DNA from: Ascidiella aspersa
Taxonomy: Eukaryota
Reading direction: 5' to 3'
Assembly (NCBI GenBank): GCA_963924565.1
Contig: OZ004609.1
Location: 25,730,001 to 25,794,000 of the forward strand
DNA length: 64,000 bases
In this document: positions 51,532 through 64,000 of the stretch, piece after piece
Numbering within the stretch: position 1 is the first letter of the stretch
How the letters are laid out: each line of letters begins with the position of its first letter
The notes under the pieces: model-generated
The model's database searches: none
Seen by the model: the letters and a program-made list of their open reading frames with translations, nothing else
What the model was told of the DNA's origin: nothing
Translations under genes and position numbers: made by a program

Positions 51532-54500
51532 ATGGACCCACATGAAGGATTTAGTGTTGGATCATACAACAAACCATTCTACCAGGGTGTAGATGATGAC
51601 ACAATTGTTGCTGCAGCCTCTGGTGATGCAAAACCAAGAATTCTTATAATGGGACTGAGGAGAAGTGGAAAATCTTCTATTCAGAAAGTTAGTTGTGCTT
51701 TTTAATGTAACATAAATGTAGGTAAAGCATAAACGTTGTAGGTTTTCTTTCTTTTCTATTGAACTAACATAATTGGATTGCAATATAGTGAACATCAGGA
51801 CTGCATTCTATAACTTGTTGCCGCCAAAGATTCCTGCAAAAAATGTTTGCCACCATTTTTTGATATATACACCGGAAATGCTATTATTTGTTGCAACACA
51901 GGCTAAATATTGTCACCGGTATGGTTTAGGCAGCATTACATTCTAAACTCTTTGGCGGAAAGGCACTTGAATATTAACGGGGTGAATAAAAGTAGTTTTA
52001 CCATCTGGATCAGGATTTTCAGTTCTGCTGAACTTTCGTTAAAATCACATTTTAAATGGGTCCTGCAAGCTTGTTCTTTGGTTCAAAGTTCAACTGATAA
52101 TTTGAAATATGCCGAGTTGGCATTTTGTTGGTTTAAAGAAAGCATCTATCTTAATGCAGTTTCTCATATTTTCCTAATTGTTCTGATTTCTGTAACAGAA
52201 TTAAATAAATAAATAAAATATGTATTTTTCTCTACTTCTGTTTCAAGGTTGTTTTCCACAAGATGTCGCCAAATGAGACCCTCTTTCTAGAAAGCACTGC
52301 AAAAATTTGCAAAGACGACGTTTCAAACAATTCTTTCATAAACTTTCAAATCTGGGACATTCCAGGGCAAATTGATCTTTTTGAGCCGACATTTGACCTT
52401 GCCATGATATTCCATGGCACAGGGGCATTGGTTTTTGTTGTAGATGCTCAGGTGATTTATAGGGGAAAAATAGTCATGAATTATGCCAGAAAGCGAATCC
52501 TACTGTGTTTTAAAAGTAATTCACGAGTGTTTTGTGAAGCTAAACCAATGTAAAACAACAGGGTTATTATACTTAGATGTTGAAATTTATATACTAGATT
52601 TCAATTTCTCAATGTTTGCCAAAAATATTGATCACTAGTTCTAAAACTGTTTTCTTGTGTTTTTTTTCATCAAAATTATATTCTTAACAAGGCATCTATA
52701 CATAAATATGCCACAAACATAATTTATAGTATTAGAGAATTTTTTTATTTTTCCTCAAACATATTCTTTTAATTTGCTTAATAATTTTCCTTTGTTCAGG
52801 ATGATTACATGGATGCCTTAACTTGCTTGCACCGAATTGTAGCAAAAGCATACACAGTGAGTATTATCCTCTAATTTTGATCTTTTAAACTTTAACAATA
52901 AAATTCCTGATCAGTGGATGCAGCAAGGTGTAATTCTTTGCACTAAAAGGGAGTAATGCATTTTGCTTGTCATCCCACTTGACAGATGTCATAGATTGTT
53001 AATGTCATGGCACATAGAATTTATTAACAGACATTGAAATAATATGAAAAGTCATGTAATTGATTGAATTTTGTTAAGGTTAACCCGAATATTCGGTTTG
53101 AAATTTTCATCCACAAAGTTGATGGTCTGTCAGACGATCATAAAATCGAGACTCAAAGAGACATTTCGCAAAGAGCAAATGAGGAACTACATGAAGCCGG
53201 ACTCAATGATTTACATCTGAGGTTTACAATAAAATATAAACAATCTTTTCTCATTCTGTTTTTTTGCCCACCCAAACATGAAACATAAAGAGAAATATAT
53301 AAAGTGGTTGAAACTAGAAATAAATCGGCCCATGTTACTTTATCATTTAACAATTAATTTAAATATTGATTATCCCGATTTTGTAAACTTGATTGCTTTG
53401 TAATTGTGTGAAGTGGTTATTCACATTTAAAACTTGCCATACTTTTACAGCTTTTACCTGACTTCCATTTACGATCATTCCATATTCGAGGCATTCAGCA
53501 AAGTAGTACAAAAACTGATCCCTCAACTATCCACCTTAGAAAACCTCCTCAGTATTTTCGTACAAGTGAGTGTTGTCGCCCTAAATGACTTTTTTAAGAA
53601 ATTTAATTTTCTACAACCTATTGCTTTTTGGTTTTATAAGAGTCCGTTGCTAAAGTGGTCAGTTCGGTCATTTTTATTGCAACTTGTATCTTGCAAACGT
53701 ATAATTAAAGTAGTTAGGTTAGCAACGTGCATACTGGGATACGGTTCATTTACAATCTATAGAAATAACAGATTTTGATATCTGAGATTATCTGCGTTAG
53801 TTTTAACCTGTATTTTACCTGAAACAGCAAACTAATACTATTATTTAAAAAATAGTTGTGCTCTTATTACGCAACGATCACTCCCGAAGAACCAATACAA
53901 TGTTTAAAGAAGCCAATAATAGCGTTGACAATAGAGATTAAATTACGATATTGGCAATGGTAGTAAAAAAACAATACCTAGGCTAGCAGCAAATTCGACA
54001 CCTAATTGCATGGAACCTTGAACTTCGAATCCCGCTGTTCATCGCACTTCAACGCAATTTTGTCACCTCGGTAGAACTCGGGCGTCGAGAAGACGTTTCT
54101 CTTCGATGTTACGAGCAAGATCTACGTGGCAACCGACGGCTCTCCGGTCGACATGCAATCCTACGAACTATGCTGCGAAATGATTGACGTCATGATCGAC
54201 ATGACCTGCATTTACGGGTACGACCGAGAGAAGATTCGTGCCTCGAGAGTGTAGCATTCGAAACGATCGAATAAACTTGCGGTTCACCACCGTATCTTAA
54301 AAATAATAATACTTTGTACATGAAACAACGATTTGTTTTGAGGTCAATATTTTCGTTGAAGTGGATGCTAATTATGAAAAAAAAAATTTTTATCAAAACC
54401 TTATAAATTGTAAATTATTTTTTAAACATAGAATTCTGTTGAATTAAAAACCGATTTCGGTTTCGAGCATTGTTTTAGGTCGATTGCAAAAATGTGATGT

Positions 54501-55377
54501 TTGACATTATAGCGGCCCCAAGACAAGACTTTGCGTGATACTCGATATGTAACCGAGTCAAATATCTGAAAATATTTCCCAACCAAATCACGATTAAATC
54601 AATGCATTTGCATTATCACATGAACTTTTCTCCTGTTACAGTGACGAGTCGGAATGCGCGTGTAAACAGGATTCCACTTGCATTATCAAGCTGAACAACT
54701 CGAGTATTTTGTACTTGAGGGAAATAACTCGCTTTCTCGTGCTCGTCTGCATTCTGCGGGACGAGTCGTTCACAAAGCGAGGTTAGTAATTTCATTTGAA
54801 GTCAATCTGCTTTAGGGTATTCCACGCCACCACTCCCTTAACTGAAGCTTTTATCAAGATGAAAGTTCTCTTAGTAACAGATTGTTTTTGTTGAATCGCA
54901 TTAGTTTGAATGAAGATTTACCTGCCGAAAAACAGTTTTTCAGCAGATATTTTATGAAAAACTTTGCAGTCCCGTATTTTATTAAATGTTAGGTTTGGAA
55001 CAGACAGATGTTCGTTGAAATTATTTTTAACGTTGTTTACTTACAGTTTTAATATGGATTTTCTATTGGATTTGGCTTACTTTCTAAATTGTAGTACAAC
55101 AGTATGTTAGCTTATAGCTTGCAACAAGTATACACAACGTCAATACAAAAATATCATATAAAGTTTGTGGAGGGCACTTCTTGTGCGAATTCCACTGTAA
55201 GGAATGCGTAATTAACACTTTTTTTTTGGTCCAGGCATCATCAACTACAACATACTATGCCTGCAGAACGCCATTCACAGCGTGTTCGACGTGCGCAAGC
55301 CCAGCAAGCTAAACGGCAAACTGCCGCTGGAAGGCCTGAATAACGTTCAGCAGATGTCGAACTCGGCAAACGCCTAA
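51532..55377 (+). CDS. RRAGC/D: Ras-related GTP-binding protein C/D (RagC/RagD, Gtr2 orthologue), about 366 aa
   Basis: Exons 51532-51687, 52248-52451, 52800-52856, 53079-53221, 53451-53565, 54075-54217, 54642-54781, 55235-55377. P-loop [67 protein letters not shown], and C-terminal roadblock domain. Confidence 0.97.
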
Positions 55378-57039
55378 ACAAACGACCTCTCTATCATCAT
55401 AAGCGTTACATGCTAGTCACTGACCGGCGCTAACGGCGGCGCATTGCACTTAACGTACAGCCATCGCGCCGCTATGAAAGCTTGTAAAAATCGGTGGAAA
55501 GGTGTCGAGATGCGCCTGTAAGTCATTTTACTCCAGAGTGACACGGTGCCCTTTGGGTACGAGATTTTCATCACAACTTACTGATTATATAACCTGCGTC
55601 CAAATCCATTTGTTCACAGTTTGGAACGCCCTAATTTTTTCACAGAAAAAGTGAAATTATAGCGTCGAAATAAGATCCACGCTCGCAGTATTTAGCAATT
55701 CGTCGCGCGCATTCGTACTGATTATTACTCACGCACATCATTAAACGTTACTTGCGCGGCCAACGAGCCTGCTGTTTTGGCATTTTCGTTATATATTTTA
55801 AAACGTGTTGTATGCTTGCTGTCGTTAGGAACACGTGTTTAACAAAGGCTGGAAGGGCTACCATGGTCAGCTGTTGATCCTTCCAGGTGACGGCCATTTC
55901 TTAAATTCCCTATTTTAACTGTTTACTGCATACTTGCGCAAAAACTAAAACGCTGTCCTTTTTTGAACAGCTTTTTAAGCAGATCGCAAGACATGTGCTT
56001 TCTTATATCGTTGTAAGTGTGACACTGTAACTTATTGAAAGAAATTGGGCGAAAACACAAATTAGGTGTTCACAATTTCTTTGTTTTCGATGCGCCAGGT
56101 AGTACTTCGAGTTCATATTTAAATCAATAAATTTTCCTACTGATACAGGACTCTATAATCTTGGCCGCAATATATTATGGGTTTTGTAGAAAATGATATT
56201 GAATAATAGATTCAATTTCACAACAAACAAATCCGCCAGAATTAGAAACCTTGTTTGTTACTTAGTTTTTAATTGCCCTTTTAAATTAAAAAAAGGTATA
56301 AATTGTGATGCAATAACGTTCGGTCTTGCCCACAAGGCTGCTATTAGGGATTATGAATAGGAACCGATGCTCATTTTCCCAATGGTGCCGGATCCTGAAA
56401 TCTTGTTTACAACATGTTAACTTACCAAAATGACATTATGGTTAACAACATGTTTTAGGGAGCAAATAATTTTGAAGGCTACGACAGCAAAAGTCCTTAT
56501 GAACTGAAAACCTTCAAAATTTGTGTATTTATTTTAAACTTAACAAAATACAAACAGGTCCACATTTATCATTAGCTTCTTGTTGTTTTTGTGCTTCTCC
56601 AATGTTTTTCACTTTATTCAGATTTATTGCAGACCCTCGTTAAATGTGGACTCTGCAATTGCGCAAAAACGCAAATTTTATTGCTCCTATGCCTCGTACT
56701 GCTGTACAATGCATGTTAGAGGAAACACTGGGGTTGGCTAAATTGACCCCTTGCAACATCCGTTATCGATTCTCAAAATAATACCGGTTAGAAGCCGGGG
56801 TATATGCATAATAGGGCTGTCGCTTTTTTCACTCGTCTACTACTGCATTGTTGACGAAATTCAGAATTTGGGGATATCATGTTTAAATTTTTTTTCACAT
56901 AAAAGTTTAAGTTGGCAAAAAATATAGTTCTACAGGCTCCCAGTACCACGTTTGGCACGTGGGCCTTTCCAAAGCTGAACCAATTTAAAAATTCCATGCC
57001 ACATCAACTTTTAAAATTAAGTGCAATGAATAGGCCTAC

Positions 57040-57141
57040 GACTATCACGCGGCCCACAACTACATCATAACACCAAGCTATTCAAAAGTAACTCGCGGCC
57101 CAATAAAAATGGCTCTGCGGCCCACAGTTTGCCGACCACTG
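57040..57141. mobile_element. hAT MITE right-end remnant
   Basis: Three GCGGCCC motifs ending TTTGCCGACCACTG; similar orphan ends near 28490 and 58708. Confidence 0.5.
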
Positions 57142-58222
57142 ACCTAAATTCATAAATGTTGACCCAATATTTCTTCATCTTTTTAACTAATTACAAATAC
57201 TGAAAACAAGTCCATGTGTTCTTAACAATATCTTTAAACTGGATGGAAAATGGTATTATAGGCTTTACTTGCACACCATTTAGGCTTAATTCAAAACTAC
57301 ATCAGGTGGTAGAAAAAACTAAACTGCTCAGTTCGTGAGCACTAAGATTGTTGACAAATTAGTAAGACAGTTTTGAAGTGTCGAACCATACCACAATACT
57401 AGCAATACGTTAAATTTGTTAACGTTTGACAAAATTGCAGACACGGCGCACGCAGAAGCTAAAAAAGAAACAAAATCAATCTTGTTCAACGTTAGTAAAC
57501 ATTTAATAGACGAATTTGGTTTGGCTGGATCAAAAAGCCAAAAGTAAAAAATAACCAGAATGCTGATAACGCAGTAATTCTAAAGCACGATGCATCGTTT
57601 TATGAGAAGCAGAACATTCGGTGCGGCAGTCAGACAAAGCCTAAAAACAACAAATAACCGGAAAGCGTCTTCTGACGGGAAATAGTTTGTTTTGTTTAGA
57701 GTTAGACTGCAAGAAGTTTCAAAAAGGCGAGGTAGACAATGGCGGTAACTTAACATCAAACAAGAAATCACACTAACAAAAGCACTAAAAATGATTCAAA
57801 CGATGAGCAGCATTAGTCGACGCGATGCTGTGTACTGTGTCACTACACAATTGGGGCAACAATTAATACCAGTAAATGGCGGATTAAACACAGTTATGTT
57901 TACACTTGGCGATTGTGATTAAAATATTACCTTACTCCAATCTAGATATACACTGCATAATTTAAAAAACAAATCTGTTTGGTATGCTGTTGCAATAACC
58001 TAAGAGTGAAAATTCCTAATATTACGATAAAAAACACGAAAAATGTACGTCCAAACTTCGATTTTAAAGCAATCATAAGTAGATAATAGAAAGTTCATTT
58101 TTAGTGATGAACGAAAAAAACAGCACCGAACGTTTTATAAGAATTCCATTAAACCTGCATCGATAAAAAGTCGCAGTTTGGCGAAAGCATAGCAGTTTGC
58201 TAGTGCGATTAAATCGCGGCGT

Positions 58223-61200
58223 TCAGAGCTTGGGAGATTTGAGTGGACTCTGGAAGAGCATCTCGCCGGTTCGTTTGTAGGAGAACTTCTGCTTGCGGCG
58301 GCCTTCCTGTGAAGGGGACGGAAGCGGCGCGTTAGGCGACGTGGCGTTGTTTTGCTGCAAAAAAGTGATATCATTAACAAGCATAAAGCTATAGACAAGA
58401 ATCCGGACCACGTAGCAATTTATTACAGCCCGCGGCTTATTTTTTAAAAAACTTTTTTAATAAAAATTCCCCTTTTTTCGCAATTTTGAAATATTTTATT
58501 GAATAAATTAGACATGCGAGACATCCTCACTTATTCCTTACTCTTAAAAGCTTGTCAAAACTAAAATATTTGTAGCTATCTTTAGTTCTTTACAAAGGAA
58601 TAATACTTCATGGTAGGTGTATTTTTAAGTCCCTTAGACGTGATCCGGCCCGCCAAGACATTTTTGTCTTTCGTGCGGCCCCTTGTCAAAAATAATTGCT
58701 CACCCCTGCTATAGACGATACTCTTGTTGATTTGCAATCAGTTGTAGTACATAGGCTTGTAAGAGAAACCATTTCGTGGCCCGTCGTAAAATACTTACGA
58801 AGAGCAACATAGCCTTCCAGTAAAAATATTACATCCTAGCACTTTTATATTTCAAGGGTATTAACAACGTTTTTGGACTGTTTTTGGGCTTTGCTGTTAT
58901 TTTTGTTTACTAAGACGATAATGTTAAGTTCCTCTTGAAAAACCTCTTCGGGCGCTTTTTTCCAAAGAGACAGTACATGGCACTAACAAACTAGAAAAGC
59001 CGCAACACAATTACATTATACTGTTAAACAGCAAATTAGCTTTGCATTACCATATATAGTACATGTTATAAAACGTGCACTACCTTCATGTGAGTGCTTC
59101 TTTTTAAAATATTCACTCTTGAATAGATGTTTTTATGATCTTCCTCCGTCTTGCTGCTGCTGGGCTGGTTTTCGATGTTGGATAAATTTACCCTAAAATA
59201 AATGAGTATAGTGGTCGTATAAGCTTAAGGAAGTAAATGACGCTAGTTTCGGTAATTACACTAGGTAAAATGACAAAACAATTTGCTTTAGATTTATACA
59301 CTTAAATATTACCTCTTCTCGTCATCTTGAAAGGAGCTTCCAACCATGTGTAGTGGGGAAATGCTACAAAAATCACAGCAATAAATTCTATTTTATTAAA
59401 ATTGTACCCAGGGTACTACATATAAAAAAACTACCCAGGGTACTTCATATCTCAAGGCTTGTACGAACCATTTGACTGGTTGAAAGTCGCTCAGGGGTGA
59501 TTTGGCACAAGGTGGATCTAAGGGTCTCAGGGCGGAAAATCTGGAACCACTTAGAAGAAACGTGCGACTTGGGGCAGAACTTGGCCTCACAAAACTGTCC
59601 CGTTCTTCTGCACTCAGTTGCGACATTGTTATTCGGGCACCACCAGCATTGATTGTGGTTTTCATTCCTGAAAAAAAATGATTTTGTTAAGAACTGATCT
59701 TTTGATTGTGGGTTTATCTTAGTTTTTTTATACTTTGAAAGGCAATCTTGGCTTTGAGTCACTGACACAATCTTTAAAGAAATTAACACATTTTAACTAA
59801 CCAAACTTTAATAAGAATTATAAGTTTACACTTTACTAGTGACTGGAAAAGTAAACAAAATTCTTTGCAACACACTTCATACTTTATCAAAATTATTCGC
59901 TACTAATAGTAAACATCCCAGGTTTTACAGTTATTATATAAATACAAAAGAGATACTTCCTACCAGTAGATGGACTTGCGTCCACATTGGGTATATTTTG
60001 TGAAAAAGGGCTGTTGTTCATCATGTTTAGAGTGGTTTCAGATAACATGCTAAACTGACTGGATTCATCCACAATGTCTTGTTGTATTTCCGAACCGGCA
60101 TTCTGCATGGTGAGATCAAGACCAAATTCATCTGCAACAGATTTACTCAGATGAGTCAAGCGTCAAAATCTCAAAAGAGACACTTCCACTAAAACCTTTA
60201 ACTGTGATATACACACAACTCTTAATAAAAAATCTAAATTTTTGCTTTAGCATTGGGCCTGTATTTAACTTTCAACATGGGTATTTATTTTATTTTAACT
60301 TACTTTCAAACTCAAATGAGCTCATTGTATTATCTTCCTTGGAAATGTTTTCATCAAACTGAAGCCTCCTGCTAAAGGAACTCTTTGATTCCACTTCATT
60401 TTTTAAGGGAGAGGGAACAGGTACGGTGAAACCATCAACTGTGTAATCATAACTTTCAAAATGATCTCCCGATGCCATCAAAGAGTCACTGTCCACATTT
60501 AATGTTGTTATGGATTGTCTACTGTCATCAGTATCTTGTGTGATGGAACTGGGGGTGTTTATGGTTAGTTGATTAAATTTACTTGAAGGTGTTGTGTTAG
60601 GCAAAGAGGTCTGAAAGGCTTGTTTAATTAGGTCAGTGCCAGTTTCACTTGTACTTAATATGGACTTGAGGATAGGATTTTCATTGCATAGTGTAGTTGG
60701 TATAGTTGATTTTTCTACATTGGTAGCGAGTTCATATTTTCCTTTTAAGGCAGTGAGTTCATTTTCAAGTTCCTCTGTATATCGATCATTCTTCTGTAAT
60801 GCTTTCTGGAGCTGAGTGACTTGTTTTTCGGCTGCCTCAAGACGTGACTGTAAGGTAGCAACAGTCAGTCGCCCAAATCTAAAGAGTATAATATGTTATC
60901 TGTTTGTCTATATAAATCTTAAAAACAAAAAAGTCAATTAAAAAAATACTTCATTGGTGATCTTGTTGAGATTTCTTCTTTTATTCGCCGATTTTCTATA
61001 GTTAAATCATGATTTTCCTTTGCTATAACAGTATTAATCTAAAATAAAATCAGATGTTAAATTTTTAAGCAGAACCACTGTTCATTTTAAAGTTATGTAA
61101 TATCAAGAAAGGTTGTTAAATAGTTTTTATTTACTCCTCTAAAATATATAAATTACCTTTTTAACATCAGAAAGCTCTTTTTTCGTCTTTCCGAATGTCT

Positions 61201-62969
61201 TTGTAGCATCTTGCAACTTTTTGGTGAGATTTAGCATCAGATCGACATCTTTTTTGCTGCTACACTGACTACACTTTTCACACTGATTTATCACATCAGG
61301 TGAAGTTGAGGTGGTAGGTGTGACAGCAATTTGAACTTTCAATGCATTTATTTCTCTTTTATGCATTTCAACAGAATTCTCCAAACCAAAGATGACATCC
61401 TAAAAAAACAAATCTAGTGTTACAATAGATTAAAAATCTTAAGAAAAATACTGAAATGCAAAGAAAAAAAAACGATTTTTGAACAACACAAAAGGAAACA
61501 GACGATTGTTCAGTTGTAAAATACTACATTACACTGAACATCAAAAACATATAATTTATTACCTCATACTCCTTTCGTATCAAATCGTATCTTGTTCTTC
61601 TTAACTCCCTTGCAATTGTGCTACTGACAGCAGTTTCAGCTGTGTTGGGTAGATTTCCACCTAGCAGAAATGCAACATGATTAAAAGTTAATAAATTAAT
61701 TATTTTGTATGTTACTTGGTCATAGCGGCTGATTCAAAGGGAGGGGGGAGCACATGGCCATGGCCGCCAAACTGTGTTTTTTCTATGTTAACTACGCAAA
61801 TTAGTTTTCATGCTTCGAGCGAATCTAAATTATATTTATAGAATATCTTAGCCCATTTTAATTAAATTGTTTTTGCCCAAAGGCGCCATGTGTCTCATTG
61901 CACCTTCAAAAAAGAAAGATTTGGTAATTTAAACAATAGGTGTTCATTCGCTTTGCCAAAGCCGATAGCATACTTATGTTGCTTTTCTATTGAAATTTAA
62001 CGTAGCATCAGAATTGAAAGTTACACCTATCCAATCTAAAACTAATAAATCAAGTAAACTTTGTTGTGTTCTTCAGGTTACTTTTTATAACATTATGTTT
62101 AGACATTACTTTGTGGCGTCACATTTTAACAGAACTTTGTAACTTCACATTGTGATGTCATCTCTGAAAAAAAATCTTTTCCCCTCCCACCAAACGAAAA
62201 TCCTAGATCTGTGGCTACTTGGTCGTACCAATGATTGCTCTCAAGGGGCTCTGTGATGTTATTTCTACACGGCAAGTTGGGCATTGGTTGTTCCTGTCAA
62301 GCCAAGCATTCATGCACACACTGCAGAAGACATGGTGGTTGCTGCAGGTGACAGGCTCCTTTACCTACAACATGAACAAAGTATTAGCAACAAACAAATA
62401 TTTACTTCTGGTGTTTATGCTGTGCAATGAAACGTTGAAAAAAAAAAAAAAAGTTTGAGGGGGAGGCCAAGAATTCCTGATAGGCTTTGCAAAAGGCAGA
62501 AATTAAGTTAATGTAGTGAGCTATTTTGCTGAACCAAAACACTAGATTGCCTGGGGATTTATTTATAAAACGATAATGTAAGTCGAATAAGTTGTAAAAT
62601 GCGAAAATTATGACATGGATAACGCTGAAAAAACAACGTGGGGGTTCATGTTTCCCGCGTAAAGCAATTTTTTTGCTGACGGCAACGTTTTAAGGGCTTC
62701 ACTGTAACATGCAAGCAAAACGAGATTTAACGAATTGCAACTTAAACACGATATAAACACTATACACGGAAAATTAGGAATCATTATACGCGTGTTATGA
62801 GTAAACAAAAAAATATTTTTTTACGTAAAAAAATATTTTGTGTCATAAATGACTCGAAACATTTTTTTTAAACAAAATTTTAATAAAAAATTACCTTGCC
62901 AAGGCAAATTTGACAAGAAATAGGCAAAGTAAAGGACACAGAAGAACGCAGCTCCTTCCCGCCAGACAT
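58223..62969 (-). CDS. OBI1: ORC ubiquitin ligase 1 (OBI1/RNF219): RING, coiled coil and Ser-rich tail, about 624 aa
   Basis: Eleven phase-consistent exons: 62969-62895, 62364-62229, 61660-61563, 61399-61157, 61038-60950, 60878-60304, 60131-59964, 59667-59469, 59363-59313, 59192-59084, 58354-58223. N-terminal TLPISCQICLGKVKEPVTCSNHHVFCSVCM..WL....QCPTCR and RSPMKFGRLTVATLQS are diagnostic. The 3' exons are less certain. Confidence 0.9.
61721..62215. mobile_element. Degenerate TIR-type element filling most of OBI1 intron 2
   Basis: G-rich left end (CATAGCGGCTGATTCAAAGGGAGGGGGG), C-rich right end, flanked by direct repeat TACTTGGT at 61713-61720 and 62216-62223; TIR pairing is poor. Confidence 0.4.
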
Positions 62970-63240
62970 CTCAAAACTAGCGTACTATGATCTGTTACGT
63001 CACAATGAAGTGAAACGCTTCATCGCGCATCGCACGAGACTATTGTTTACTTTTTATCCTTTCTAAACTTTTTATTGGAAAAATTCTAAATTTTACGTTA
63101 AACGTGCATCACTAAAAATGGTATTTATTTTAGAGCATAAACCCCGATTAATCGTAACGATATCTTCCTGTGAGTTTGTTTACATTCGATGTAGTATGAC
63201 GTCATAAATGCTTGGCATTGCAACGTGGATCAGCTGTAGT
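62970..63240. promoter_or_regulatory. Putative bidirectional promoter (OBI1 and divergent gene)
   Basis: Short CpG-rich interval between the OBI1 ATG and an oppositely oriented donor; full CRE TGACGTCA near 63198 and TTACGTCA near 62995. Confidence 0.5.
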
Positions 63241-63335
63241 GCTAGTTTCTCTAACAACCAGCTGAAAGGTGAATGCGTCTGTCGATGAGCCGAAGATTGA
63301 GCCACCTGTGGATTAGAATTTTATAGCAAAACAAT
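63240..63335 (+). other. Probable first exon of an unidentified gene transcribed divergently from OBI1
   Basis: Strong donor AAT|GTAAGT at 63336 just after a CpG-rich promoter-like stretch; CpG-poor intron-like DNA follows; acceptor-like ttcttcttaaacag near 63989. Exon start is approximate. Confidence 0.45.
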
Positions 63336-63441
63336 GTAAGTGTGTTTTAGCATTACCACAATAAAGTTAAATAGAAAAGCGGCATCTGCGAAAATTTTGC
63401 ATTGTTAGATGTTCATTTTAATACTGTATAATTTAATTTTT

Positions 63442-63632
63442 GGCACTGGTCTTGAATCCTACCACATTTTAGTCAGGGAGTTTATATTGCTAACATTATT
63501 TTGGTTATGTTTGGTTCCGACTTTCGGGTTAGTCAAGTAATATTATTATATTTATTTTTACATATTTTTTTTTCAATTTTGACCACTCGTTTTGTGACTT
63601 TAAAAAAAGTTGTAGGATTTAAAGCCTGCGCC
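63442..63632. mobile_element. Degenerate family A Merlin-like MITE
   Basis: GGCACTGGTCTTGAATCCTACCAC ... TGTAGGATTTAAAGCCTGCGCC; imperfect TSD TAATTTTT/TATTTTTG. Confidence 0.65.
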
Positions 63633-64000
63633 TATTTTTGTGATTTGGTAAAAGTATAGGTATGTTCTACACATGTGTGTCTATTGTGTATATGTGATAG
63701 TACAAATTATTTATTAGAATAAAATCTTTTTTTTTCTGTTCAAAAAATTGCTTTGTAGAAGATTTTTATTTGTAGAAAAAAGTTTTTAGAAGTGTTTTTA
63801 AAGTGGAATTAGGCTTTTTTATGACACAAAGATATTGTAAAATAATTGTTTTCTTGCCCGATTAATTTATCATTTGTAAAACTTTCCAAAAAGTGGTAGG
63901 AAGCATGGGAAGTGCCTGGCAGCCACTTCCACCATGTTCTGAATTCATTGTGAGATCAATAAGCATATTATTGCCTTCTTCTTAAACAGAGGGTTTGCAT

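Noticed and set aside
60140-60190. Apparent in-frame stop in OBI1 if the ttttag acceptor near 60189 is used
   Set aside because: The downstream acceptor ctgttgcag at 60133-60132 preserves the frame, so there is no evidence of a pseudogene or readthrough.

Overview
Eukaryotic, intron-rich genomic DNA, most probably from an ascidian (tunicate); the voltage-sensing phosphatase closely resembles Ciona VSP as I recall it. I assembled seven protein-coding genes exon by exon with GT-AG, phase-consistent junctions. On the minus strand: the 5' end of a voltage-sensing phosphatase (VSP/TPTE; continues off the left edge), a PA-TM-RING E3 ligase of the Goliath/RNF130/149/150 type, PGM2, V-ATPase proteolipid c (ATP6V0C), an sFRP1/2/5-type Wnt antagonist with large CpG-rich introns, and OBI1/RNF219. 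On the plus strand: RagC/D, plus the probable first exon of an unidentified gene divergent from OBI1. Repeats include many short non-autonomous DNA transposons (hAT-type MITEs, one triple-nested; Merlin-like foldback MITEs) and one degenerate tRNA-like element. No prokaryotic systems or CRISPR arrays. Most notable: (1) four housekeeping genes switch from CpG-poor, GC3 about 25% sequence to CpG-rich, GC3 about 75% sequence roughly 3.5 kb downstream of their promoters, suggesting a length-limited 5' gene-body methylation domain; (2) a PP1-docking-type motif (KRVSW) in the VSP N-terminus that appears to align with KKVHW in Ciona VSP; (3) an inverted pair of MITF/TFE M-boxes in the ATP6V0C promoter.
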